Shown here in pieces: positions 27,962 to 39,817 of a stretch of DNA of 64,000 nt. Position 1 is the stretch's first letter. Each line of letters starts with the position of its first letter. This stretch comes from Octopus sinensis (Eukaryota): NCBI RefSeq assembly GCF_006345805.1, contig NC_043005.1:64666001-64730000 (forward strand), in the 5' to 3' direction. A model generated the notes under the pieces. That model worked only from the letters and a program-made list of their open reading frames with translations. It searched no databases and was not told where the DNA came from. Made by a program: the position numbers and the translations under genes.

Positions 27962-28744
27962 AATTGGCTGAACATCAGACAAAATGCTTCGTAATATTCA
28001 GTTTCTCCTCTTTATATTCCATTTTCAAATTCCACAAGTCTTTCATTCATACAGAGTTGACAAAACAAGTACTATCACGTGAAACTGGGTACATGAATAT
28101 CTTAGTGAAAACTGAGCCGCTGTATCAATGTTAGAGAAGAAAACCATGCAAAATGCCAAAGGTAAGAACATTTTAAACATACTTCATCTTCATTCATTTT
28201 TTTTCTGTATGAATTATATTTCAAACTATCATGTATATAATAAGAATTCTTGAGATTTTGCACAATAAAAACTGCTGTACACAAATCACACTAACTGAAC
28301 AACATGCTTTGTTACATCAAATTTAAGTGGTACTTATTTATATCATTGATTTTTTTCTACAAGCTATTGAGCCTTATTCTGTAATGTGTTTTTAGAAAAA
28401 GAATGCTATTGTCTGATGTTAGCTTATAAATTCATGTTACTCTCAATAAATTACAATTTATAGCAACTTTTTGCCAAAGATATCCTGAAGGTTTTTCCAT
28501 CCAACATGACAATTATGTTCACCAATAAAGAGAGGTGTATGAGCAATTTATTATTTTTGTAATTGCTACTTTCTAAAGCACAATTGCACAGCTTTAACAG
28601 AGGTGTCCCCAATCTGAAACTAATAATATCACAGATATTATCAGTTGAAATATACATTTTCTATCAGCTAAAGAAAACTTGCTTAACGGGGAAGTAGAAT
28701 AAGAGATGTTTTATGCCATGAAGAAAAGACGTATGTGTGCATGC

Positions 28745-28775
<31 letters not shown>

Positions 28776-28932
28776 TGCGTGTTCATGCATGTGTGTCTGT
28801 GTGTGTTCTGTTGTAGCTTTGCAATAAATCACATCATAATTTACTACCTCTTTGTGAAAACACATCTATCTCTCCCAATTCTCCCTCCAGCCCCATACTG
28901 ATAGTTGCTATCAACCACACTTCAACCCTTGC

Positions 28933-29405
28933 TCACCAAAGCCTTGTGAGTGGATTTGGCAGACAGAAACTGAAAGAAGCCTGTCATATATATATATATA
29001 TATATACATCATCATCATCATTTAACATCCTCTTTCCATGCTAGCATGTGTTGGACGATTTGACTGGGGACTGGTGAACCAGATGGCTGCAGCAAGCTCC
29101 AATCTGATTTGGCAGGGGTTTCTACAGCTGGATACCCTTCCAAACGCCAACTACCCCGAGAGTATAGTGGGTGCTTTTACATGCCACCGGCACGAGGGCC
29201 AGTCAGGCGGTGTCTGTGTTTCCCCCCCCCCATCACTTGACAACCGATGTCGGTGTGTTTACATCCTCATAACTTTGCGGTTCGGCAAAGGAGACTGATA
29301 GGATAGGTGCTGGGCTTACAAAGAATGGGTCCTGGGGTCAGTTTATTCGACTAAAAGCGGTGCTCCAGCATGGCCACACTCAAATGACTGAAACAAATAA
29401 AAGAA
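28933..29405 (+). mobile_element. SINE family 1 copy split by an RTE 3' fragment (29007-29212, minus) in its TA tract
   Basis: Order is SINE middle part, (TA)n, RTE tail, then SINE 3' half. Confidence 0.8.
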
Positions 29406-30539
29406 CATAAAAGGTAAGAACTTTTTTACTGAAGTTTCAAGACTAACTATTTCAATTCAACTGAACGTCTGGTTTGTAAGTCCTCAGTCAACTCGTCCAA
29501 CCCATGCTAGCATGGAAAGCTGGCGTTAAATGATGAAGATGATGATGAGCTATTTTTATTTTGCTTCAAAGATGAAGCCATTGAAAGTATATTAAGATAT
29601 TTACATTTAATTTTATCTTATTTAGTCAAAACATTAATACTCGAGAAAGTGAAACAGATGATGCTAATAAGTAAGTATGAAGGGCAAATGACCAATCAGA
29701 GATTGACTTCACTTTTATGCCACAAGTGAATATCTATTTTATACAATCCATTCTGTCTATGTGTGTGTGTGTCTTCTAGGATCTCGGGCATCCTCCATCC
29801 GATTGCGCTCAAATTTGATATGTAGATACCGACGGCATCAGGGCGTGTATAAGTCTTGAAAAAATTACAAAAATCAATTCAAGGTGAGAATGCGATTGAT
29901 AAAGCCATTTTTGTCCTGCTTTTCTTCCGTCAACCTGTACATAACTGCACCTTCCATTTTTTGTTGTTTTTGTACTGTTTAAAGGCATGTTTCTTTCCTG
30001 CCAAGCTTACTGTTTAAACCATGTTTGCGTTCTCCCAATCAACAGCCTTATCATTACTGGTACTTTAAACTCTTCGGTTGCATATTTGTGTGAATAAAAT
30101 CATTTTTCTTTGGAATAGAAAAAAAGTCTATCTTTATTTCTTCTTTTGCTGGTGTCTCAAATTTAGGTTAAATCAGTGTTTCTCAAAAGGGAGGCCTATG
30201 GGACGGTCGGACAAGTTGTTTTGAGAAAATTTGGTTTAAATGTTTGACAACTCAACGTTTTGCTCATAAGACATAAAACCCATATACTGCTGATGATATT
30301 AAATGACACCAATAGCAATTTGTGACACTGATAGTAATTTGTGGTTGAGCAATAAATAATACAATTTTTCTGCCAAAGCTATGTTCAAAGCATAATAGTA
30401 AAAATCATTAGCCACAAAATTGGGTGGAGATGTAAAACAAGATTAACAAGTTAGATGGCTATGAGTTGCTTAAAACTTTTGAAAACCAGCTCAGAAGAGT
30501 TTCTGACTTTTAATAATTTAGCTCAAGCAAGGAAGGCAC

Positions 30540-31030
30540 AAGCATAATGTCAAGTTGCATGATAACTTTGTCTGGAAGATTGTCAATGATAGGAAGACTA
30601 TCCAACGTTTCCAGACAACTATGGAGGAAATACCTCAAGACAATAATCAAGAAAACTGTCTGTTACAGGTGTGAACCATGGTCCCTAACAAGGCCTCTTG
30701 TCAAGTCCCTCAACGATGGCTCCATTTGAATGTTGCAACTGGCATTCAGAGTCAAGTGAAGACAGAAAATGATCAACGAACAGTTCTATGGTTACATTCC
30801 AAGTTGACAAGCAAGATGACAACAGGGTTGCAGCTTGCTGGACACTGGCTGGGACATCCAGAGTTACCTACTGGTGAAAACATCGCCTGAAAATCAATTC
30901 ATCAGAGAATAAAACAAGGACAGCATTCTAAAACCAGGATCAAGACCTCAGATGGAAGATAGTGGTGCCAAGACTACAATGATACTGGGAAAGCACCTTG
31001 AGAAATGTTAGTCATCATATCAGTCATGTT
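30540..31030 (+). mobile_element. Degenerate RTE-like LINE 3' fragment (second family)
   Basis: Peptides CEPWSLT and LQLAGHWLGHPELP; similar in type to 57030-57480. Confidence 0.55.
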
Positions 31031-31352
31031 ATTTACCTCAGAGCAGTTCTAATTTTACTAATCTCTATTAAGAAGCTAGATCTCACGTTTGATGCACACT
31101 GGTCCTTTAGCCTACAGCATATCAAACATATAAACACAAATACCTACATGTAAACGTACATACATATCTACACAGCAGGCACCAGAACAAAGTTATAGGA
31201 GGAGAAATTTATTCACAAAATAATGTAGTGGAATTGTGTCAGGAACAATCAAGTTGCAAAGGAAAGGTCTTACTCATAAATTCACAACTGCATTTCTATA
31301 TGTATGCATAATCTTTCACTTTCTCTCTTTATATATATATGTATATATATGT

Positions 31353-31384
<32 letters not shown>

Positions 31385-31550
31385 GTACATATATATATAA
31401 ATAAATAAATATATATATATATATATATAATTTCAACAATTGAGGGTAAAATTAATTAATTAATCAATTTCACCAAGTATTCAGTATGCAAAGGGACCAT
31501 TTAAGGCGAATTCAGTATGCGGCAAAGTAATTTATTTTACTAAGCCCTTT

Positions 31551-31598
<48 letters not shown>

Positions 31599-31623
31599 TA
31601 TAATAGGCGCAGGAGTGGCTATA

Positions 31624-32025
31624 GGCGCAGGAGTGGCTGTGTGGTAAGTAGCTTGCTAACCAACCACATGGTTCCGGGTTCAGTCCCACTGCGTGGCATC
31701 TTGGGCAAGTGTTTTCTGCTATAGCCCCGGGCCGACCAATGCCTTGTGAGTGGATTTGGTAGACAGAAACTGAAAGAAGCCTGTCGTATATATGTATGTG
31801 TGTGTGTGTTTGTGTGTCTGTGTTTGTCCCCCTAGCATTGCCTGACAACTGATGCTGGTGTGTTTACGTCCCCGTCACTTAGCGGTTCGGCAAAAAGAGA
31901 CCGATAGAATAAGTACTGGGCTTACAAAGAATAAGTTCCGGGGTCGATTTGCTCGACTAAAGGCGGTGCTCCAGCATGGCCGCAGTCAAATGACTGAAAC
32001 AAGTAAAAGAGAAAAGAGTAAAGAG
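31624..32025 (+). mobile_element. Full-length SINE family 1 copy flanked by (TA)n
   Basis: Complete head to aagtaaaagag tail. The first 15 nt are duplicated at 31606-31620. Confidence 0.9.
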
Positions 32026-32059
<34 letters not shown>

Positions 32060-32062
<3 letters not shown>

Positions 32063-33806
32063 TCGTCGTTTAACGTCCGTTCTCCATGCTAGCATGGGTT
32101 GGACGGTTCGACCGGGGTTCTGGGAAGCCAGAAGGCTGCACCAGGCTCCAGTCTAATTTGGCAATGTTTCTACAGCTGGATGCCCTTCCTAACGCCAACC
32201 ACTCCGTGAGTGTAGTGGGTGCTTTTTACGTGCCACCTGCACAGGTGCCAGGCGGGGCTGGCAACGGCCACGGTCAGATTGGTGTATTTTATGTGCCACC
32301 GGCACGGAAGCCAGTCGAGGCGGTGCTGGCATCGGCCACGAGTCGGATAGTGCTTTTTACGTACCACCAGACCAGGGATCCTGGCTGGTTCAATTCGATT
32401 TCGATTTCGCTTGCCCCAACATGTCTTCACAAGCAAAGGGGGTTGGCAAGGGTGCCTGTCGTACGGTCGCATTGGAGTATTTTACGTGCCACGGCCACGA
32501 GTCGGATAGTGCTTTTTACGTACCACCAGACCAGGGATCCTGGCTGGTTCAATTCGATTTCGATTTCGCTTGCCCCAACATGTCTTCACAAGTAAAGGGG
32601 GTTGGCATGGGTGCCTGTCGTACGGTCGCATTGGAGTATTTTATGTGCCACGGCCCCGAGTCGGATAGTGCTTTTTACGTACCACCAGGCCAGGGATCCT
32701 GGCTGGTTCAATTCGGTTTCGATTTCGCTTGCCCCAACATGTCTTCGCAAGCATGGGGGGTTGGGATGGGTGTCTGTCGTCGGATGAGGTTCTATATCGA
32801 CTTCGCTTGCCTCAACCGGTCTTTGTGTCCAAGGGAGGAAAGGCATTCATAAGTGGGCTGGGCTCACTTGTCCTGCCTGGTCTTCTCACGTACAGAATAT
32901 TTCCAAAGGTCTCGGTCTCTGGTCATTTCCTCAGTGAGGCCTAAAGTTCGAAGGTCGTGCTTCACCACCTCGTCCCAGGTTTTCCTGGGTCTACCTCTTC
33001 CACGGGTTCCCTCAACTGCTAGGGATTGGCACTTTCTCACACACCTATCTTCATCCATTCTCGCCACATGACCATACCAGCGCAATCGTCTCTCTTGCAC
33101 ACCACAACTGATGCTTCTTAGGTACAACATTTCTCTCAAGGTGCTAACGCTCTGTCGAGTATGTACACTGACATTACACATCCATCGGAGCATACTGGCT
33201 TCATTCCTCACGAGCTTACGCATGTCCTCAGCAGTCACAGCCCATGTTTCGCTGCCATGTAGCATGGCTGTTCGTACACACGCATCATACAGTCTGCCTT
33301 TTACTCTGAGCGAGAGGCCTTTAGTCACCAGCAGAGGTAAGAGCTCCCTAAACTTTGCCCAGGCTATTCTTATTCTAGCAGTTACACTTTCAGTGCACCC
33401 ACCCCCACTACTGACTTGGTCACCTAGATAACGGAAGCTATCAACTACTTCTAGTTTTTCCCCCTGGAAAGTGACGGAAGTTGTTTTCTGCAGATTTTCG
33501 GAGGTTAATGCTCCAGAGCATCTGCCACATACAAAAACTATCTTCCCAGTTAGCCTACCTTTGACATTGCTGCACCTCTTATGTGTCCATAGCTTACACT
33601 GGGTACATCTTATAGAGTTTCTACCTACACCTTTTCTACAGATCGAGCAGGGCCATCTTCCTGAAGATATTGTGGATTGTCTACCTTTCTACTTATTAGT
33701 ACTTTGGTTTTAGCTAGGTTGACTCTAAGGCCCCTTGATTCTAAACCCTCCTTCCACACCTGGAACTTCTCCTCCAGTTCTGATAGTGACTCAGCAATAA
33801 GAGCAA
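32060..33806 (-). mobile_element. 5'-truncated RTE LINE (RT C-terminal part and repetitive 3' UTR) inserted in (TA)n
   Basis: ORF pieces 33625-33806 and 32864-33328 are nearly identical in protein to 41627-42865. TA tracts on both sides. Confidence 0.92.
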
Positions 33807-33819
33807 TATATATAAATAA

Positions 33820-33852
<33 letters not shown>

Positions 33853-34017
33853 TATATATATATATATATACATATAAATATTTATGTATACATGTACATA
33901 TATACATATGGCTGTACATCAGCATGGCTGCAGCTCTGAGCTGAGACTACAGAAAAAAAATGTTCAAAAACACACATATATATGTACATTTATATACAGT
34001 ATATATTTATACTATGT

Positions 34018-34312
34018 GAAGGTGCATGGTTCAATGGTTAGAGTATTGGGCTCACAATCATGAGGTAGTGAGTTCAGTTCCCTGTGAGTTGTGTTCTTAA
34101 GCAAGACACTATTTCATGTTGCTCCAGTGCATTCAGTTGTAGAAATGAGTTGCAATGCTACTGGTGTATCAGTCTTTGCTTGTTCCTTTGGATAACATTG
34201 GTAGTGTGGAGAGGGAAAGTTGGTATTCCATAAACAACCTTGCCTGGACTTGTGCCTCAGAGGGGAACTTTCTAAGTTCAATCCAATAGTTGTTCATAAC
34301 TAGAGGGGATCT
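34018..34312 (+). mobile_element. tRNA-derived SINE (fourth family), degenerate
   Basis: tggttcaatggttagag A box, gagttcagttcc B box, cttaagcaagacact segment. Confidence 0.6.
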
Positions 34313-35101
34313 TTATATTTATATTATTTATACACACACAAACATATATAACTTGAATACAATGTGTATGTGTGTATATCTACAATAATTAGGGGGATAA
34401 GTACAACCTGGTCAATTACCTCATCAGCACTTCGTGTAAGAACCTGGTTAGTGTAGAACTCCAATAACCAAAGGAAGATCAGTTACACCTCATCAAATGA
34501 AGAGCACTTTATGAATCCAAGTTATGCTACAGTAGGTATGTTATGTGTCTCACCAAGTGAAATATAATTAAGTTATCAAAGTAAAAAAAGAAGTCAAATC
34601 ATTGTTATGGATGTTTCTATAAACAAACACTTATTCCATACCACATTTAAAGTTATGCAGTTCATGTACTGTATGTGATATATGTAATAACATCACTTTT
34701 CATTCACTTCCTCAGACATAATAATTTGAAACACAATCAACTTATGAGATAAATATGTGAAGCAGGATAAATTTATATCATCTTATGGGTATGTGAACAT
34801 GCAAATAGACCATATATATATATAACCCTTCACCAACAAATCTCCAAGCATATTATAAATCAGATATGATTAAAGTTGATTTATATAGATATATAAGACA
34901 CAGATGCTATAAATTGCCAAAAAAATAAATAAATAAAAAGGAAATAAATTTCTATAAACACCAATTTAAATACTAATACCTTAAATGATAATATACAATA
35001 CTACATTTCATGGTCCATGGTAAGATCAGTATAGTATGATAGTAAATCGAAATTATGTAATCTTTCTTTAGAAGAGATGTTATTTTACTATCTAAAGAAA
35101 A

Positions 35102-35662
35102 ACTGATTCATAAATGTTCTGAATTTATTACTAGCTGCCACCATGAGACTAGAAAGACTTTCAAGAAATACAAAAGGAAATATGTTTATTTGGGAATTAT
35201 TAATTATTCCATTTACCATCTGAAACCCATTTTGGAAAGACCTCTAAAAGGACTTCTGCACAAATATATCAGGAGTACAATATGAATATTTAAATTTTGG
35301 TACTTTTATGAAAATATCTGTTGGAGTACCAGTCCAACTACATTTATTTCTTTACCAGAGAATATTCTTTGTGTTTGAAAATTTGACTGAGTCAAGTACA
35401 AAGAATTTAAGAAAGGAAAATTTTTTTCATGTTTTTCATCTCTTTGTATAAAAGCACAAACCCTTGGCAATACGCTACCACCCCATTTATATTCTGGCCC
35501 TTATACCTCACACTTCACCACAATCTCTCCCTTGTACTCTCACACTCTTACTCTCTTCCACACCCTCTCTAATTATCTCTCTCCCATTCTCTCTTCCTCT
35601 CTCTCTCTCTCTCTCACTGGGTAGCTATATATCTCCTTACTAGCAACAAGCCTGTTTCTGTC

Positions 35663-35705
<43 letters not shown>

Positions 35706-36089
35706 GGTAACTATGAATCTCCTCTGCAGCAACACACCTGTTTCTCTCCTTCTGTTACACACATCTGTGTGTATTGAAATTTATTTACCTAATTTTTTTT
35801 TTTGTTTTCGGTAAGACATGACATATAAAACCTTAATAATATTTGTCTTCTTTACCTGTATCTGCATGTGTAAATACATCTGTATGTGTAACCACTGAAA
35901 TCTGTGGTAAATAACATCTGGCAAACTGCTGTGATGTGGCAGACAAAAAGATATCACTGCGATAAAACAAGTGTATGTGTATGATTCCTTATCTTAAATA
36001 GCTGACAGAATAGATATACCACAAGAGCATTAAAATACTTTTGAAGAACACTGCTCTAAAATACCTTTTGAGATAGAAACTGTTAACAA
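35102..36089 (+). repeat. ~1-kb direct duplication, copy 2
   Basis: Matches 24129-25114, with small indels and different (CT)n lengths. Confidence 0.9.
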
Positions 36090-36247
36090 ACCTATGATTT
36101 ATTACAGTGGTCTAAAAACAAAAACATTCACTTTTTTCTTTCCTGCTTTTATTTTTCTATTCTATTCTTTTTCAGATTAATCCTTCTTCTTCTTCACTAG
36201 TTAAATCAAACCAGGGTTTTGTTTTGTTTCACTTGTAAAATGCAAAT

Positions 36248-36261
36248 GTAACCATGGAAAC
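36248..36261. promoter_or_regulatory. Candidate RFX X-box (GTAACCATGGAAAC)
   Basis: Exact match to the X-box consensus GTHNYYATRRNAAC inside a ciliary gene. Could be a chance match. Confidence 0.3.
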
Positions 36262-36799
36262 ACACATACTCAGTTTAAGTTTGAATTATTGGTAAGTCAA
36301 ATATGTACAGTAAGTAATTTATATGCATAATTTGAAAGGGTCAAATTTCGAAAGATATCAATAACATCTCATTGCATGTATCACTGCATAATATAACAAT
36401 GTTCATGAGATCAAATTTAGATTAAACAACTGTAAACTGCTGTAATACAAAGACATAATCAGTCAAATCACCTTGATGGTACTGAGGAGCTATAATGATA
36501 AATACTGATACCTATCATTTTCAATCACCTTGGGTGAGTTGTCTCACCTGCCTTGGACATTCAGTGTTCATTAACACTCAGTGTCATGCAAGGAGCTTTC
36601 CCAGGATACTACCCCACAGCAAATTGGTGTATAAACAAGAAACATACACTGTGAATGTGTGACCTATAACATTATTAGACTTGCTTTTGATTCAAAATTT
36701 AATATATATCTATATATCTACACACACACATATGCATATACAAACACGTATATATGTGTGTATGTAAATATACATATATGCATATACATATATGTATGT

Positions 36800-37130
36800 A
36801 TCATCATCATCCTCATCACCACTTAACGTCCGTTTTCCATACTAGCATGTGTTGGATGGTTCAACTGGGGTCTGGGAAGATGGGAGGCTGCACCAGGCTC
36901 CAGTCTGATCTGGCAGTGTTTCTACAGCTGGATGCCCTTCCTAACACCAACCATTCCATGAGAGTTGTGGGTGTGCTTTTTTATGTGCCACCGGCACAGG
37001 GGCCAGAGGAGCCTGACAATGGCCACGATTGGTTGGTGCTTTTACGTGTCACCAACACAGATGCGAGTCAGGCGGTGCTGGCATCTGCCACGTTCGGACG
37101 GTGCTTTTTACATGTCACCGGCACGGATAT
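36800..37130 (-). mobile_element. RTE 3' UTR fragment
   Basis: Matches the RTE tail consensus. Confidence 0.82.
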
Positions 37131-37139
37131 CTTAGTATG

Positions 37140-37172
<33 letters not shown>

Positions 37173-38449
37173 TAACATAATGTCAGATACACACACAGAT
37201 ATGTTATGTAAATATGTACATATGTATATTTGTGTATGTGTGATTTTTGTCTGCATGTGTGTGTGTGCATCTGTATGTAAATACAAATAAATTTTTGTTA
37301 CAAATGGTTTCATACTAAAACCCTTCCAAAAGCAGAGAGGCAAATCAATAATCATCAGACAGTCCAATGGTTATTGATTAGCCTCACTAGTTTTGGTAGG
37401 CTTTTCAGCATGAAAATTTTGGCAACATAACTTGGTCATTATGAGAATACATTTGTAGTACATAAATAATATTCCCACTCTATTACCTAATATATGATTG
37501 CCTACTTTTTTTTCCTGACTTAGGAAGATTTATTAAACAACCATATGATATATATCTATATATATATATAGGATGTAGATATATCTAAGATATATTATAT
37601 ATATATATATATATATGTCAATATATAAATTATGTCTTCCCTCCTGGTGCTGTATGAACATTTGATGTGGTTTTAGAGTCAAGTTTTGGCTGCTATTTCC
37701 AGCGTGGTGGTTGTGAGTGTGTTTTTATTTAACTTTTTTTTTCTTCTTGATATCATTTTTCTGTTATATTAACAACACCAATAGTATTTTGATTTCCATA
37801 TTTCAAAAACTTTTCCTGATGAGAAAGACATAGTCATCACATTTGACTAAATTAATTTTATTTTGTATTAATTACATATTAGTTATGAAATAATTATAAA
37901 TCTGAAAACGTTTACCACTTGAGCCATGGAAACATTTGTTGAGAAAAAGAAAAAGACTGAAATTTTAAAATATTATAGACATGTTTTTTTTTGTTGTTTT
38001 TTTTTCTGTTCTTCTAAATATTTTGCTCAGAATAATTCTATCAGCCAATTTTAACTTTATGCAAATTCATTCCTGCGAGGGTTATTACACTGAAGTAATA
38101 ATATATTTGAATCAAACAACATTTTTAAAAACAGCTTTTAAAATTCCGAAATGGTAATTCTACTTCCATCTCATAAATACAGACACCTTAGTTCTTACAA
38201 AGTAATCAAATTCTTAAAGCAACACAGAACCCTGATTTGAACATTAATAAGAATGCCATCTCCATCTTTATAGTTTATACATTCACTTTTTCTATATGCT
38301 TGATAAGACTTGTTGAGGTAGTATTCTTGTTGCTAGCTCTTGCTTGTTTCAAAGCAAGGTACTTATTTCCTGAATGATTTGAGTGATGAAGTGCTCAGTG
38401 GCTGGACATGTTTCTAAAGGAAGCATCAAAGTCACACCACTGTCTAAAT

Positions 38450-38906
38450 CAGTGGTTTGTAACTGGGGTTTATATGGCCATTAGAGTTCCTATGGTCATT
38501 TGGAGTTCAAATAAAATATTTTGCTAAAATCTACACACTATAAATTTCTTATACTATGATACATAAAACATTTTAACATCTTTTTTAATACAATTCTTAA
38601 TAATATATAGCAATAAAAAATACAATGGGATCTTTGAATGGCTATGAGGGTCCACCAGAGTTAAATAAAATAAAAAATATGGTCCTTTGGAGTTCAAATA
38701 AAATTTTTTGTTAAAATCTACAAACTAAAAATTTCTTATACTTCTATGATACATAAACCATTTTAACATATTTGTTAATACAATTCTTAATAATGTTTTT
38801 ACAATAAAAAATACAATGGGATCTTTTAAGTATTGAATGGCTATGAGGGTCCACCAGAGTAAAATAGGAATCAAAGGGAATAAGTAAAAATGGCTGCAGA
38901 CCACTG
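38450..38906. mobile_element. hAT (Charlie-like) MITE with an internal ~190-bp tandem duplication
   Basis: Ends cagtggt / accactg; 8-bp TSD gtctaaat / gtctaaac. Confidence 0.75.
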
Positions 38907-39302
38907 GTCTAAACAGTGACATTCATTGATGCTAAATTGCATGAACAATGTTAAGAGATAAATGGAAAGACACAAATGTGGGCACACACACACACACAAA
39001 CAAACATGCACAAAGTATTTAACATAAATGATATAGGAAAACTAAGCAGAAATGACAGCCAACTGATGAATAACATGTTTGTGGCTACCTTGAAATTTCA
39101 TGTGTTTATCAAAAATGTTCAATTTCAGCAGCACAATTAGCTTTGACATTATTTGCAGTAGCCATATTTATTTCCTTACTTTTGACAAACTACTGTATTT
39201 TCTATTAGCTTTTATGTTTGTTTTTTCTTTGTGTAGTTGTTTATATATGTATGAGTTTATGAATGTTTGCTTAAAAATTCAATTAAAATAACACCGATAT
39301 TA

Positions 39303-39462
39303 GGTGCAGGAGTGGCTGTGTGGTAAGAAGCTCACTTCCCATCTATGTGGCTCTGGATTCAGTCCCACTGCATGGCACCTTGGGCAAGTGTCTTCTACTA
39401 TAACCTCAGGCCTACCAAAGATTTGTGAGTGGATTTGGTAGGCGGAAACTGAAAGAAGCCCG
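39303..39462 (+). mobile_element. SINE family 1 5' half (probable 3' half at 42980-43180)
   Basis: Head through gaaactgaaagaagccc, then a TA tract. Confidence 0.8.
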
Positions 39463-39503
39463 AAACACACATATATATATGTGTGTATATATATATATAT
39501 ATA

Positions 39504-39771
39504 TACTTAGCGGTCATTCAAAGATCTCTTTTCTCTTAATAACGGTCAATCACACAGTAATTTCCCTTTGTATAATGGTCATTTTTCATAGCATTTTTCT
39601 GATGGCCAGATAACTGAAGAGATGGCTGCATGGATTTCCACCTCGGCATCCGAAACTCGGAGTTTTATCATGGCTACTGAATACTTGTCACATATTACAT
39701 TTACAGATAAATTCCTCTATTTACATAATATCAAGGTCTCTTTCTTTCTTTTGTTGTCTTACCGTTTTTAT

Positions 39772-39773
<2 letters not shown>
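39504..39773 (+). mobile_element. ~270-bp non-coding element carrying a type I hammerhead ribozyme (family B), copy 1
   Basis: Aligns with 46597-46862; TA tracts on both sides. Confidence 0.8.
39603..39676 (+). ncRNA. Type I hammerhead ribozyme motif, apparently intact core
   Basis: Stem I tggcca-gataa / ttatc-a-tggcta; CTGAAGA at 39614-39620; stem II gatg..catc; GAAA at 39652-39655; stem III ctc-g-gag; GUU cleavage triplet. Confidence 0.72.

Positions 39774-39814
<41 letters not shown>

Positions 39815-39817
<3 letters not shown>

Noticed and set aside
29755-30170. Possible Helentron/Helitron-type non-autonomous element
   Set aside because: Only a vague motif resemblance; termini and hairpin could not be defined from a single copy.
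31624-31700. tRNA genes at SINE heads
   Set aside because: A and B boxes are present but there is no complete cloverleaf, and they continue into SINE bodies.
32086-32852. Recurring plus-strand ORFs MLAWVGRF... (also at 10505, 29038 and 39856)
   Set aside because: Antisense translations of the RTE 3' UTR; frames break differently in each copy.
34400-34420. CTGATGA on the minus strand (also plus-strand hits near 37816, 39063 and 22013) as further hammerheads
   Set aside because: No stem II followed by GAAA and UH with a closing stem I, or the hit lies in transposase coding sequence.
24129-36089. LTR retrotransposon bounded by the 1-kb direct repeats
   Set aside because: No TG..CA ends, primer-binding site, TSD or gag/pol remnants were found between them.
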